Part shown: positions 1-8,580 of the stretch, piece by piece
How the letters are laid out: each line of letters opens with the position of its first letter
Numbering within the stretch: the first letter of the stretch is position 1
Source: a virus
Lineage: Duplodnaviria > Heunggongvirae > Uroviricota > Caudoviricetes
Direction: 5' to 3' (one strand)
Length of the DNA: 11,639 bases
IMG/VR virus record: IMGVR_UViG_2547132274_000009
Made by a program: the position numbers and the translations under genes
The notes under the pieces: model-generated
Database searches by the model: none
Told to the model about the DNA's origin: nothing
What the model saw: the letters and a program-made list of their open reading frames with translations, nothing else

Positions 1-343
1 TAAATCAGTAAGTTGGCAGCATCACCCACAAGCCGACAAATATGTTGAACATCTTTCAGACGTTCTCCAGATTCTGAGTAACAATAATATTGGTACTCCC
101 AGACCTGAATTAGGCGAAGGCATTTTTGTTCTTCCTTTTGAACACCACGTTATTTATTTCCTGTAATCACCAGGGGAAATTATCGTCACTCGTATCCTTA
201 ACCAAAACCAGGACGCTACCAGACATTTACACTGGAGCTAAACCCGCCGATTGCGCTACAATGCCCGCCCTTAAAGTGGGGACACTCCCCTAACCGCTTC
301 ATCAGGTGAAGCGGTTCTGACCTGTCATCAGAACGAGAGAATT

Positions 344-1705
344 ATGTTTAAACCGGAACTCCTTTCCCCGGCGGGAACGCTGAAAAATATGCGTTACGCT
401 TTCGCTTATGGCGCAGATGCTGTTTATGCGGGACAACCGCGTTATTCCCTGCGTGTGCGCAACAACGAATTCAACCACGAAAATCTTCAGCTCGGCATCA
501 ATGAAGCCCATGCGCTGGGGAAAAAGTTTTATGTCGTGGTCAACATTGCGCCGCATAACGCTAAGCTGAAAACCTTTATCCGTGACCTGAAACCAGTAGT
601 GGAAATGGGGCCGGATGCGCTGATTATGTCCGATCCGGGGCTGATTATGCTGGTGCGTGAGCACTTCCCTGAAATGCCGATCCACCTTTCGGTGCAGGCC
701 AACGCCGTAAACTGGGCGACGGTAAAATTCTGGCAGCAGATGGGCCTGACCCGCGTGATCCTCTCCCGTGAACTATCACTGGAAGAGATTGAAGAGATCC
801 GCAATCAGGTGCCGGATATGGAGCTCGAAATCTTCGTTCACGGCGCACTGTGCATGGCCTACTCCGGCCGCTGCCTGCTCTCTGGCTACATCAACAAACG
901 CGATCCGAATCAGGGCACCTGCACTAACGCCTGTCGCTGGGAGTACAACGTCCAGGAAGGCAAAGAAGATGACGTCGGCAACATCGTACACAAATACGAG
1001 CCGATTCCGGTACAAAACGTCGAACCAACGCTGGGTATCGGCGCGCCAACTGACAAAGTGTTTATGATTGAAGAAGCCCAGCGCCCGGGCGAGTATATGA
1101 CCGCGTTTGAAGATGAACACGGCACTTACATCATGAACTCGAAAGATCTGCGCGCTATCGCCCACGTTGAACGTCTGACTAAAATGGGCGTGCATTCGCT
1201 GAAAATCGAAGGCCGTACCAAATCTTTCTATTATTGCGCACGCACCGCGCAGGTTTATCGTAAAGCTATCGATGACGCCGCTGCAGGAAAACCGTTCGAT
1301 ACCAGCCTGCTGGAAACTCTGGAAGGTCTGGCGCATCGTGGTTACACCGAAGGTTTCCTGCGTCGTCATACTCACGACGATTATCAGAACTACGAATACG
1401 GTTATTCCGTTTCTGACCGCCAGCAGTTTGTTGGGGAGTTTACCGGTGAGCGCAAAGGCGATCTCGCGGCGGTAGCGGTGAAAAATAAGTTCTCCGTTGG
1501 CGACAGCCTTGAACTGATGACGCCACAGGGCAACATCAACTTTACCCTTGAGCATATGGAAAATGCCAAAGGTGAAGCGATGCCGGTTGCACCTGGCGAT
1601 GGTTATACCGTGTGGCTCCCGGTTCCGCAGGATCTTGAGCTCAATTACGCACTGCTGATGCGTAATTTCTCTGGTGGAACCACGCGTAACCCACACGGTA
1701 AGTGA
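344..1705 (+). CDS. yegQ: Peptidase U32-family protein YegQ (TrhP-like), host chromosomal gene
   Basis: 453-aa ORF with ATG at 344 preceded by a purine-rich GAGAGA. The translation (MFKPELLSPAGTLKNMRYAFAYGADAVYAGQPRYSL...) matches enterobacterial YegQ as I recall it. Length and synteny (followed by cyaR and ogr) match the E. coli yegQ-cyaR-ogrK locus. Confidence 0.85.
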   Translation: MFKPELLSPAGTLKNMRYAFAYGADAVYAGQPRYSLRVRNNEFNHENLQLGINEAHALGKKFYVVVNIAPHNAKLKTFIRDLKPVVEMGPDALIMSDPGLIMLVREHFPEMPIHLSVQANAVNWATVKFWQQMGLTRVILSRELSLEEIEEIRNQVPDMELEIFVHGALCMAYSGRCLLSGYINKRDPNQGTCTNACRWEYNVQEGKEDDVGNIVHKYEPIPVQNVEPTLGIGAPTDKVFMIEEAQRPGEYMTAFEDEHGTYIMNSKDLRAIAHVERLTKMGVHSLKIEGRTKSFYYCARTAQVYRKAIDDAAAGKPFDTSLLETLEGLAHRGYTEGFLRRHTHDDYQNYEYGYSVSDRQQFVGEFTGERKGDLAAVAVKNKFSVGDSLELMTPQGNINFTLEHMENAKGEAMPVAPGDGYTVWLPVPQDLELNYALLMRNFSGGTTRNPHGK

Positions 1706-1737
1706 TTAATTTCGATTATTTTTCCCGGATGGAAAAT

Positions 1738-1782
1738 TCTTAGAAACCGATCACATACAGCTGCATTTATTAAGGTTATCAT
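1738..1782 (+). promoter_or_regulatory. Putative CRP-dependent class II promoter of cyaR (CRP-like site plus -10 TATCAT)
   Basis: TCACA half-site at 1751-1755 within tcttagaaaccgatcacataca; the site centre (~1748.5) lies 41.5 bp upstream of the inferred cyaR 5' end. -10-like hexamer TATCAT at 1777-1782. CyaR is known to be CRP-activated. The left half-site is degenerate. Confidence 0.4.
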
Positions 1783-1842
1783 CCGTTTCGCTGAAAAACA
1801 TAACCCATAAAATGCTAGCTGTACCAGGAACCACCTCCTTAG

Positions 1843-1876
1843 CCTGTGTAATCTCCCTTACACGGGCTTATTTTTT
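1843..1876 (+). terminator. Rho-independent terminator of cyaR
   Basis: Stem cctgtgtaa / ttacacggg (one G-U pair), loop tctccc, followed by cttatttttt. Confidence 0.7.
1850..1876. other. P2-type attachment-site core (prophage right junction, attR), overlapping the cyaR 3' end
   Basis: aatctcccttacacgggcttatttttt is the reverse complement of the 27-nt P2 att core as I recall it (AAAAAATAAGCCCGTGTAAGGGAGATT). It lies ~100 bp from ogr, which in P2 flanks attP. Recalled from memory, not searched. Confidence 0.5.
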
Positions 1877-1940
1877 ACGCGTAATACAATGAAATAAAAG
1901 GATTTATTTCTGGTCACGTCCACACATTGACCACATCGAC

Positions 1941-1965
1941 AAAAAAGCCCCTCGACTGAGGGGCT
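1941..1965 (-). terminator. Rho-independent terminator downstream of ogr (hairpin usable on both strands)
   Basis: Stem agcccctc / gaggggct with loop gact at 1946-1965, flanked by aaaaaa (1941-1946), which gives a U-tract on the minus-strand transcript. It lies 13 nt past the ogr stop (1978-1980). Confidence 0.6.
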
Positions 1966-1977
1966 TCCTGTTTGTAA

Positions 1978-2196
1978 TTACATCCACATAATTTGCTGCC
2001 CTGACGGCAACGGGTGCGGCCTCACGGCGTGGACTTCTCCCGGCTTCACAATGTATCGCTGTACCGACTCATAAGTGATGAACGTGGCGCTGCAATTCAC
2101 GTTCTGGCACTGATGATAACGCTCTTTTGTCGTGTCAGTGATATAGCGACTTGTACGCGCATGTGCGGCATGCTGGCATAAAGGACAATGAAACAT
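1978..2196 (-). CDS. ogr: Ogr, zinc-finger late-gene transcriptional activator
   Basis: 72-aa product MFHCPLCQHAAHARTSRYITDTTKERYHQCQNVNCSATFITYESVQRYIVKPGEVHAVRPHPLPSGQQIMWM with a CxxC...CxxxxC zinc-binding pattern. ATG at 2194-2196 is preceded by GGAAGAGG. The 93-aa upstream extension in the ORF track was not adopted. Confidence 0.9.
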   Translation of the reverse strand: MFHCPLCQHAAHARTSRYITDTTKERYHQCQNVNCSATFITYESVQRYIVKPGEVHAVRPHPLPSGQQIMWM

Positions 2197-2277
2197 CGCG
2201 AGCACCTCTTCCGGTTTTGTTGATGGTGCCATTTTAGTTAATTTATCCTTATAAAACAAACAGATAAAATAAAAACA

Positions 2278-3441
2278 TCACTCATCATCTTCTGTTTCAT
2301 ACTCCACATCAGAAAGCCTGACCTCAAGCTCTAAGGACGTCGTGAAGCCGCTATTATTCAGAAAATGTGTCACCTTAGTGATTGTCCAGTCCTGCTCGTC
2401 TATGACGCGCTTAAAGCCTGACACTTTAACCGGCGTTTCCGTGTAAATATCTGCCCGACCAGTAGCCAGACTGATGGAGAACTCCGCAACGCCCCGTTGC
2501 AGCTTATCCCACTTCGCCTGAGCGGCGCGCATGGCCTGCGCTTTCGTGGCATATACCGTGGTCAGGGCAAAAACGTTGTCAGCCTCACCTGCCATGTATT
2601 CACCTTCGCGCGCTTCCGGTACTTTTGGCGCTTTCTTCTGCGTGACTGGTTTCGCTTTCGGGTGCTCCAGTGCGCGCAGGTGTTTCTCTTTCTTTTTGCG
2701 TTTCAGTTTTACCTTCTGCTTTTGTGGCTTCGGGTCTTTGGTGTGTAACCACTTTGCCGTTACGCCGGTATAGGCTCCACGGTCAGCAATCGCAAAATGA
2801 TGACGGTCACCGTCGCTGCGGGTGATGGTAATCTGCGGGATTTTTTTACCGCTGGCCGTCATCCCCTGCCCCGCTTTGAGAAACAACAGTTTTCCCATTT
2901 TTACCGACACCTCACCGCCGTTGCGTTCAGCAAGGCGGGTCAGGAATTTCGCATCAGACTCCTGCGACTGGTCGATGTGCGGGATTTTAATTCCGGCCAG
3001 TGACGGAGCAACACTGGCTTCCAGCCTGTTACGGGAGGCTATCGCCTCAACAATCGCACCGAGCGTGGTGTCATGCCAGGAGCCTTCCCGGCGGGAATTG
3101 AGCGTCCCGCGAAAATCTGCACTCCGGGCGCGGATGGTGACCACATCCGGCGCGCCCCGGTGTTCTACCTCATCAACGGTGAATTTCCCTTTGCATACCA
3201 GGGCAAAACCTTTCCAGCCGATATACACCGTCAGGACAGCGCCACGAACCGGTAGCCCTACCTGCCCGTCGGCGTCGTTCAGTTCAATATCAAGCTGGTC
3301 AGCCTCAAAGCCCCGGTTATCCGTCAGGGTCATGCTCATCAGACGGTCGCTGATATTGCCGGTAATATCCCTGCTGTCGAGCATCAGCATGTAATCCGGC
3401 GTCAGCGTACTGCCTGCATCAAATGTCAGCGCATCCAGCAT
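2278..3441 (-). CDS. D: Tail protein D (gpD-like, late-gene tail protein)
   Basis: 387-aa ORF (MLDALTFDAGSTLTPDYMLMLDSRDITGNISDRL...) at the P2 D position. Its ATG overlaps the U stop (TAATG), indicating translational coupling. Confidence 0.9.
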   Translation of the reverse strand: MLDALTFDAGSTLTPDYMLMLDSRDITGNISDRLMSMTLTDNRGFEADQLDIELNDADGQVGLPVRGAVLTVYIGWKGFALVCKGKFTVDEVEHRGAPDVVTIRARSADFRGTLNSRREGSWHDTTLGAIVEAIASRNRLEASVAPSLAGIKIPHIDQSQESDAKFLTRLAERNGGEVSVKMGKLLFLKAGQGMTASGKKIPQITITRSDGDRHHFAIADRGAYTGVTAKWLHTKDPKPQKQKVKLKRKKKEKHLRALEHPKAKPVTQKKAPKVPEAREGEYMAGEADNVFALTTVYATKAQAMRAAQAKWDKLQRGVAEFSISLATGRADIYTETPVKVSGFKRVIDEQDWTITKVTHFLNNSGFTTSLELEVRLSDVEYETEDDE

Positions 3442-3920
3442 TATCCCGCCCCCGTCATACCCGTGAATCTGGTCGCCATACTGCCAGCCTTACCGATGAG
3501 CGATTCCGCCTGTTTACCGATATCGCCATAAAGCGCGGCCAGTGATTCATCAACGCGGGTGAGCGACAGCGTAAAATCAATTTTTCTGGGTGTGCCGTCT
3601 GCAAAGAAAATACTCCCTGTTTCACTCACCCTGCTGATGACATACATGCCGTAAATCATGCCGGTGCCATCCAGCAACGGCCACGCCCGGCCTTCCTCTG
3701 CCATCAGTCTGAGCGTGGTCATCGTCAGCTTTCCGCCGGTCAGCTCGGGATAAAGCACGCCTGCAAGCGTAATGTTTTCCTCACCCACACCGAGAAACTG
3801 AAAGGCATCCCGTTTACCGATACAGGAATTTGACGGCCAGCGATAATCTGATTCACGCTGCATGGTCTGGTGTGGCAGCGTCTGGCGCATAAAAACAAAC
3901 ATACCTAACGCGAGCATCAT
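3441..3920 (-). CDS. U: Tail protein U (gpU-like)
   Basis: 159-aa ORF between T and D. Strong SD AGGAGG upstream of the ATG. Length and position match P2 gpU. Confidence 0.9.
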   Translation of the reverse strand: MMLALGMFVFMRQTLPHQTMQRESDYRWPSNSCIGKRDAFQFLGVGEENITLAGVLYPELTGGKLTMTTLRLMAEEGRAWPLLDGTGMIYGMYVISRVSETGSIFFADGTPRKIDFTLSLTRVDESLAALYGDIGKQAESLIGKAGSMATRFTGMTGAG

Positions 3921-3934
3921 TTTTCGTCACCTCC

Positions 3935-6382
3935 TTAACCGTCATGCATCATGCTGGCACGGGCGCGCGCACGTTTATCCCGCTCGTATTTTTCGAGCGC
4001 ATCCTGTAACTGGCGGTCGAGCTGTGTCCCCGGCGCAGTACCGCCCGTCAGGTTGATGTGATATTCGTTTTTACTCTGGTCCACATAAGAGCGGCCAGCC
4101 GGTGCCGTAACTGGCTGATAAGCCTGATAGCCAGCATAAGAGCTGGTCGCCGGAATATAACCACCGGTGCCATACGTGGCGGCACGAGTTCTGGCGGCGG
4201 TCTGGTCAAGCGTGCCTGACTCTTTGTTGATGACGCCGAGTTTTTCCAGTACCCAGTCAATACCGCTGCGCAGTTTGTTGAACGCATTAAGCGGCAGCAT
4301 CAGCGCGTCAGCCAGTGCCTGCCCGAACATGACGCCCGTGTCACGGCAACGGTTCAGGGTGTCCTGGGTGGCTTTGACCGGGGCAATCAGGTTTTTAAAC
4401 CACTGCCACGCGGCCTGTAACTTTTCGCCCAGCCAGTCAAACACCGGCTTAAGTGGCGTGAACAGTTCCCCCACCGGCGCAAATGCCGCTTTCAGCCCTT
4501 CCACCACACCGCCAAAGAATGCGCTGACAGGCTCCCAGTATTTACGGATAAGCAACGCCCCGGCGACAATGGCGGCCACCACGGCCACAACCGGCCAGCT
4601 AATCGCCCCGATGGCCGTCATAACAGCACTGCCAACCGTCGTGAAGATTGCCCCCATTGCGCCTGCTGCCGCGATGATGGCATTGATGCCAGTGATAACC
4701 GGCCAGGCTACGAGGCCAATGGCACCGATGACAGCAGTCAGCGCCAGTGCACCACCGACAATGAGGCCGATGGTTGACGCCAGTGATTTGTTTTTCTGGA
4801 TCCAGCCGTCGAGTTTTAACACATACTTTGTGGCCGTCTGCGTGAGCTTACGCAGTGCGCCTTCCTGCTGGTCAAACAGGTCTGTCCCCACCGCCTCATA
4901 AGCGGACTGAAACTCCTTAAAGTCACCGCCGAGGTTGTCCTGCATGATATTTACCAACTCTGCGGTCTTCCCGTCCGAGGCTTTAAACGCAGCGGTCAGT
5001 TTGTCCAGCTTTCCGGTTGACGCGGCAGTCATCAGCACAGCGGCGGCTGAGCTGGCCTCCTCCCCGAAAATGGTTTTCATGTATTCGGCCTGCTGGGCAG
5101 TACCGAGCCGGTTTTTCTCAAAGCTGGCCTGCATTTCTTTCAGAATGGTAAATACTGGTCGGGTGTTTCCCTTACTGTCTGAGGTTTTCACGCCAAGCTC
5201 TTTGAGTGCATCCCATGCTTTTCCAGTCGGTGCCTGCAGGCGACTTAACACGGCACGGCTTCCCGTCCCCGCCATTGAGCCTGTGATTTTTGCATCATGC
5301 AGCGCCCCGACCATTGCGGCGGTTTCTTCAATGCTGACACCGGCATTTTTTGCCACTGGTGCGGCATAGGTCAGCGCATCGCTCATGCCGTCAAAATCAG
5401 CGGCGGTTTTGTTCATCGTCATGGAGAGAACATCCCCGATATGAGCGACCTTATCGTTTGAAAGCTGAAAGGCGGATTTCATCCCCATCAGCAGGGTGGC
5501 GTTTTCTTCCATTGTGCGACGGTTCGCCAGCGCCATATTCAGCGTGACCGGCGTTGCCGCCTGAATGGCATCAACATCCCCACCGGCTTTCGCAATAATA
5601 ATCTGCGCACCGGCTGCATCATCTGCCGAGGCTGCGGTATTGTCGCCGAGCTGACGCGCCTGCTTGCGTAGTGCAGCCATTTCGGCGGAGTCTTTTGCCA
5701 CACCGAGCACAGCCTGTAATTCTGAGTTTTTCTGCGCAAACTCATAACCGGGCATCAGCAACTTAACTCCGGCCATCGTTCCCGCCGCCGCAATCCCCAC
5801 ACCGGCAGCGCCCACCGAGGCCATATTTCCGGCCAGTTCCTTTCCGGCCTGATAACGCTGTTTTACTGCGTTAAGTTTTGCCTGTTGCGCACTGACACGC
5901 GCCAGCGCGTCGCGCTGACGGTTAAGCTGTGCGGTGGTTTCACTGATACGGTTTTTCAGTCCCTGCTCATCATGTGCAAGATTGCGGGTATTAATTCCCA
6001 CAGAGGCCAGTTCCCGCTGCTGGCGTTTAACGGAATCCGTCAGGCGGTTATATTTCGCCTGTAAGTCCTCCGCCGCACGCTTTGCGGATTCCAGCACTTT
6101 CGCCTGAGCACGGGTCGGACGTTCGGTGTTTTTAAACTGTGTGGCAAGGGCTTCGGCTTCCTGCCGTGCCTTTTCAAGTGCATGACCAGTCACGGCAAGC
6201 TGTGCACTGGTCTTGCGAAATCCCTCAATACGGGATGCGTGACCGTTCAGCTCGCGCAGTGATTTTTGTGTTTCCCGGATATCCCCCGACAGCGACTTGC
6301 TCGCTGTACGGATGGATTTAAACGGGCGGGATGCCTGGTCAACAGCCCTGAGCAATACCTGTAATTTTACATTGTTACTCAT
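3935..6382 (-). CDS. T: Tail tape measure protein (gpT-like)
   Basis: 815-aa ORF with coiled-coil-like N-terminal region and Gly/Ala-rich hydrophobic segments typical of tape measure proteins. The start is overlapped by the E' stop, as in P2. Confidence 0.9.
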   Translation of the reverse strand: MSNNVKLQVLLRAVDQASRPFKSIRTASKSLSGDIRETQKSLRELNGHASRIEGFRKTSAQLAVTGHALEKARQEAEALATQFKNTERPTRAQAKVLESAKRAAEDLQAKYNRLTDSVKRQQRELASVGINTRNLAHDEQGLKNRISETTAQLNRQRDALARVSAQQAKLNAVKQRYQAGKELAGNMASVGAAGVGIAAAGTMAGVKLLMPGYEFAQKNSELQAVLGVAKDSAEMAALRKQARQLGDNTAASADDAAGAQIIIAKAGGDVDAIQAATPVTLNMALANRRTMEENATLLMGMKSAFQLSNDKVAHIGDVLSMTMNKTAADFDGMSDALTYAAPVAKNAGVSIEETAAMVGALHDAKITGSMAGTGSRAVLSRLQAPTGKAWDALKELGVKTSDSKGNTRPVFTILKEMQASFEKNRLGTAQQAEYMKTIFGEEASSAAAVLMTAASTGKLDKLTAAFKASDGKTAELVNIMQDNLGGDFKEFQSAYEAVGTDLFDQQEGALRKLTQTATKYVLKLDGWIQKNKSLASTIGLIVGGALALTAVIGAIGLVAWPVITGINAIIAAAGAMGAIFTTVGSAVMTAIGAISWPVVAVVAAIVAGALLIRKYWEPVSAFFGGVVEGLKAAFAPVGELFTPLKPVFDWLGEKLQAAWQWFKNLIAPVKATQDTLNRCRDTGVMFGQALADALMLPLNAFNKLRSGIDWVLEKLGVINKESGTLDQTAARTRAATYGTGGYIPATSSYAGYQAYQPVTAPAGRSYVDQSKNEYHINLTGGTAPGTQLDRQLQDALEKYERDKRARARASMMHDG

Positions 6383-6802
6383 TCGTGTTTCCGCTTCGCC
6401 GGAGCGCCTTTTCGCGCCATGTGATGAGTTCGGTCAGGCTCATGGGATACAGTTCTGATGGCGGCCAGTGAAATACCACTGCCACATCCGCCATCAGGTC
6501 ATCGACCGACAGATTTTTCGGAAACGTCACTGCACCGAGTTCGGCGACAAAAAACCGACCACCTTACCGGCCAGTGCCACAAGGTCAGGCAGTTCCAGCG
6601 CGGCGACTTCCTGCTCGGTCAGCATCGGTGCCGTCATGCGCGGCAGCACCTTAATCAGTGCATCGACTTCGGAGTTTGCAACCGCAGCCAGACTGACACC
6701 GCGCAGCGTCCCGGCATTGGGTTTCATCAGCGTGACCTGTTCGATAACCTGCTCACCACGTTTGACCGGATTTTCCAGGATAATGACATTTTCTTTGTTC
6801 AT
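6375..6802 (-). CDS. Tail assembly chaperone E+E', made by programmed -1 ribosomal frameshift (85 codons in E frame, then 57 codons in the -1 frame; 142 aa)
   Basis: Manual translation: the E frame reads ...GKVVG-F-L, with slippery T TTT TTG at 6548-6554. The -1 frame continues VAELGAVTFPKNLSVDDLMADVAVVFHWPPSELYPMSLTELITWREKALRRSGNTNE and stops at TAA 6375-6377, overlapping the T start (6380-6382). Total 142 aa, as for P2 E+E'. Confidence 0.7.
6527..6802 (-). CDS. E: Tail assembly chaperone E (gpE-like), zero-frame product
   Basis: 91-aa ORF (MNKENVIILENPVKRGEQVIEQ...) directly upstream of T. Length and position match P2 gpE. Confidence 0.85.
   Translation of the reverse strand: MNKENVIILENPVKRGEQVIEQVTLMKPNAGTLRGVSLAAVANSEVDALIKVLPRMTAPMLTEQEVAALELPDLVALAGKVVGFLSPNSVQ
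6548..6554 (-). other. Slippery heptamer T TTT TTG for the E/E' -1 frameshift
   Basis: Plus-strand caaaaaa at 6548-6554 is the reverse complement of TTTTTTG, positioned so the -1 frame reads through to the T start region. Confidence 0.65.
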
Positions 6803-6830
6803 GTTTTTCTCACTTCTGAATCAGGGTTAA

Positions 6831-6851
6831 CCGGTCAGCCTGGCTGACCGG
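6831..6851. repeat. Perfect 21-bp palindrome (ccggtcagcc t ggctgaccgg) between FII and E
   Basis: Read directly from the sequence: 10-nt arms around a single central base. It lies in the 56-bp FII-E spacer. No U-tract follows on the minus-strand transcript. Confidence 0.5.
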
Positions 6852-6858
6852 ATGAAAA

Positions 6859-7377
6859 TCACAGGCCGATATTACGGCGGTGTTGCTCCAGCCGGTCGAC
6901 ACCGTTCACCTTCTCAATCATGTTGATGGTGTCGATTTCGACCAGCTCCTTACCGTCCATCGTCAACTTGAAATAAGTACAAATCACCGGGAGTTTCGAT
7001 TCGGTATCCTCTCCCTGTTTACCCTCTCCGGTGTCGATTTCTTTCTGACGTCCACGCATGACCACCTCGACGGCCACCGTTTCGCCGGTATCGTCGCGCT
7101 GGTAAGAGCCTGCAAAACGAATCGGTACGGCATCCACACCGGTTGCGGCGTAAAGCTCCCAGATAACCGAATCCGGGAAGCCCCCGAGCGACCACTCCAT
7201 TGACAGCGCATCGTCATCAAGGCCGAGGTCTACCGGTGCGCTGCCGTTCATCCCCGCGCCGCGATAATTTTCGAGCTTACGGGTCAGTTTTGGCAGCGTG
7301 ACGGACTTTGCAACGCCCTGATAGCTGTAGCCGTTCAGAAAGACATTCATGTATTTGAGTTTGCGCGGCATTGCCAT
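6859..7377 (-). CDS. FII: Tail tube protein (gpFII-like)
   Basis: 172-aa ORF (MAMPRKLKYMNVFLNGYSYQGVAKSVTLPK...) directly downstream of FI. Length and position match P2 FII. Confidence 0.9.
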   Translation of the reverse strand: MAMPRKLKYMNVFLNGYSYQGVAKSVTLPKLTRKLENYRGAGMNGSAPVDLGLDDDALSMEWSLGGFPDSVIWELYAATGVDAVPIRFAGSYQRDDTGETVAVEVVMRGRQKEIDTGEGKQGEDTESKLPVICTYFKLTMDGKELVEIDTINMIEKVNGVDRLEQHRRNIGL

Positions 7378-7389
7378 CGGTCAGGCTCC

Positions 7390-8580
7390 TTAATTGCTGT
7401 TAACCGAGGTGACCAGATTTGCCAGGTATTTATCGGTGATACGCTGGCGCAGGGTCAGGTTTTCGAGAGGAGGCACCGGGGTATAGTCGTAGTCGATATA
7501 CAGTTTTCCGGCCTTGAGGGTTTCCGCATCGTTGGATTCTTCGCTGAACCAGCAGGTCGCATCCACGATATAGCCGTTTGTTTTCAGCTCACGGAATTTG
7601 GCATTGATGCCGTCAACGATGTCGCGAATCAGCGTTGCGGTGATGGGCTTGTCCACCGCCCACATGTGCGCCTCAGCCATCGTGTCGGCCAGCACCTGCG
7701 CGGTGCGGGTGTAGTTTTCAAAGAGGAACAGCGGGTCATCGGAGCAGGTACGGTTACCCCAGAAGCGGAAACCGTCGCGGCGAATCAGCGTAGTGACGCC
7801 TGACTCGTTAAGCAAGTCAGCATCGGTGCCGGACTCCTGCAAATCCCAGAAGACGGATGCGCTGATGCCGGTAACACCGTTCACCCCGACATTGGACAGC
7901 GTTTTATGCCAGCCCTGCTCCTGGTCGATTTTAGCGCGCAGACCCAGCGCACGGGCGGTGGCATACGCGGTGGCGGTGGTACTGGTGACCGTATCCCATG
8001 CGAGGAAATCCGGCCAGATGACCATCAGCTCACGCTGGCTGAAATTCTGGCGGTAGGCTTTCACCTCGGAAATGGTCTTACAGCCCCATGCGCTGATATA
8101 TCCGAAAGCGCGCAGCTTCTGACAGACTGATGCCAGTGCAACAGCCACCTCTTTGGTGTCCAGTCCCGGCACGCCGAGAATACGCGGTTTAACACCGGTT
8201 ACCGACTCCGCCGCCAGCAGGGCTTTCAGTCCGGTGTACTGACCGTTTTCGTCGGTGGTGCCGATGATATTGGAAACGGTCTGCGCAAGTTTCGTTTCTT
8301 CGTCGTCGCCGGTGCCGTCTTCCACACGTACAACAACGGTGACTGGTTTTGACTGGTCAGCGATGGCCTGCAACGACGCCGCCAGCGTGCCTTTTTTACC
8401 GGCCTTTGCAATTGCGCTCTGCACATTGGTAATCAGCACAGGTTTATTGAGGGGAAAGGTTTCCGCATCCGCATCGCTGGCCGTGCAGACCATGCCGACA
8501 ATGGCAGTGGATACAGTGGAAATGACGCGGGTGCCGTCGTTAATCTCCAGCACCTGCACGCCATGATGATAGTCACTCAT
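7390..8580 (-). CDS. FI: Contractile tail sheath protein (gpFI-like)
   Basis: 396-aa ORF (MSDYHHGVQVLEINDGTRVISTVST...). GGAG lies 8 nt upstream of the ATG. Length and position match P2 FI. Confidence 0.9.
   Translation of the reverse strand: MSDYHHGVQVLEINDGTRVISTVSTAIVGMVCTASDADAETFPLNKPVLITNVQSAIAKAGKKGTLAASLQAIADQSKPVTVVVRVEDGTGDDEETKLAQTVSNIIGTTDENGQYTGLKALLAAESVTGVKPRILGVPGLDTKEVAVALASVCQKLRAFGYISAWGCKTISEVKAYRQNFSQRELMVIWPDFLAWDTVTSTTATAYATARALGLRAKIDQEQGWHKTLSNVGVNGVTGISASVFWDLQESGTDADLLNESGVTTLIRRDGFRFWGNRTCSDDPLFLFENYTRTAQVLADTMAEAHMWAVDKPITATLIRDIVDGINAKFRELKTNGYIVDATCWFSEESNDAETLKAGKLYIDYDYTPVPPLENLTLRQRITDKYLANLVTSVNSN

Larger units (their letters stand above)
1790..1876 (+). 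ncRNA. cyaR: CyaR (RyeE) Hfq-dependent small RNA
   Basis: 87-nt stretch gctgaaaaacataacccataaaatgctagctgtaccaggaaccacctccttagcctgtgtaatctcccttacacgggcttatttttt. It contains the CCACCUCCUU seed that pairs with Shine-Dalgarno regions, and a 3' hairpin plus U-tract. It lies 85 nt after yegQ and 102 nt before ogr, as in the known locus. The exact 5' end is inferred. Confidence 0.75.

Noticed and set aside
227-262. yegQ promoter (TACAAT at 257-262)
   Set aside because: A -10-like hexamer is present, but no -35 element at acceptable spacing was found. Too uncertain to annotate.
776-1696. 306-aa ORF on the minus strand (also 302..685 and 529..804 minus-strand ORFs)
   Set aside because: Entirely antisense to the well-supported yegQ reading frame, with no independent start signals. 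Likely a codon-composition artefact.
1978-2259. 93-aa N-terminally extended version of Ogr
   Set aside because: The internal ATG at 2196 gives the canonical 72-aa Ogr and has a good RBS. The extension would read through the D-ogr intergenic promoter region.
2822-3394. 190-aa plus-strand ORF (and other plus-strand ORFs at 2497..2773, 4167..4901, 4935..5369, 5350..5547)
   Set aside because: Antisense to the D and T genes, with Ser/Ala/Pro-rich low-complexity translations typical of antisense frames in GC-rich genes. No RBS.
6458-6847. 129-aa and 120-aa plus-strand ORFs overlapping E and E'
   Set aside because: Antisense to the E/E' frameshift region, whose coding is supported by the conserved slippery site and gene order.
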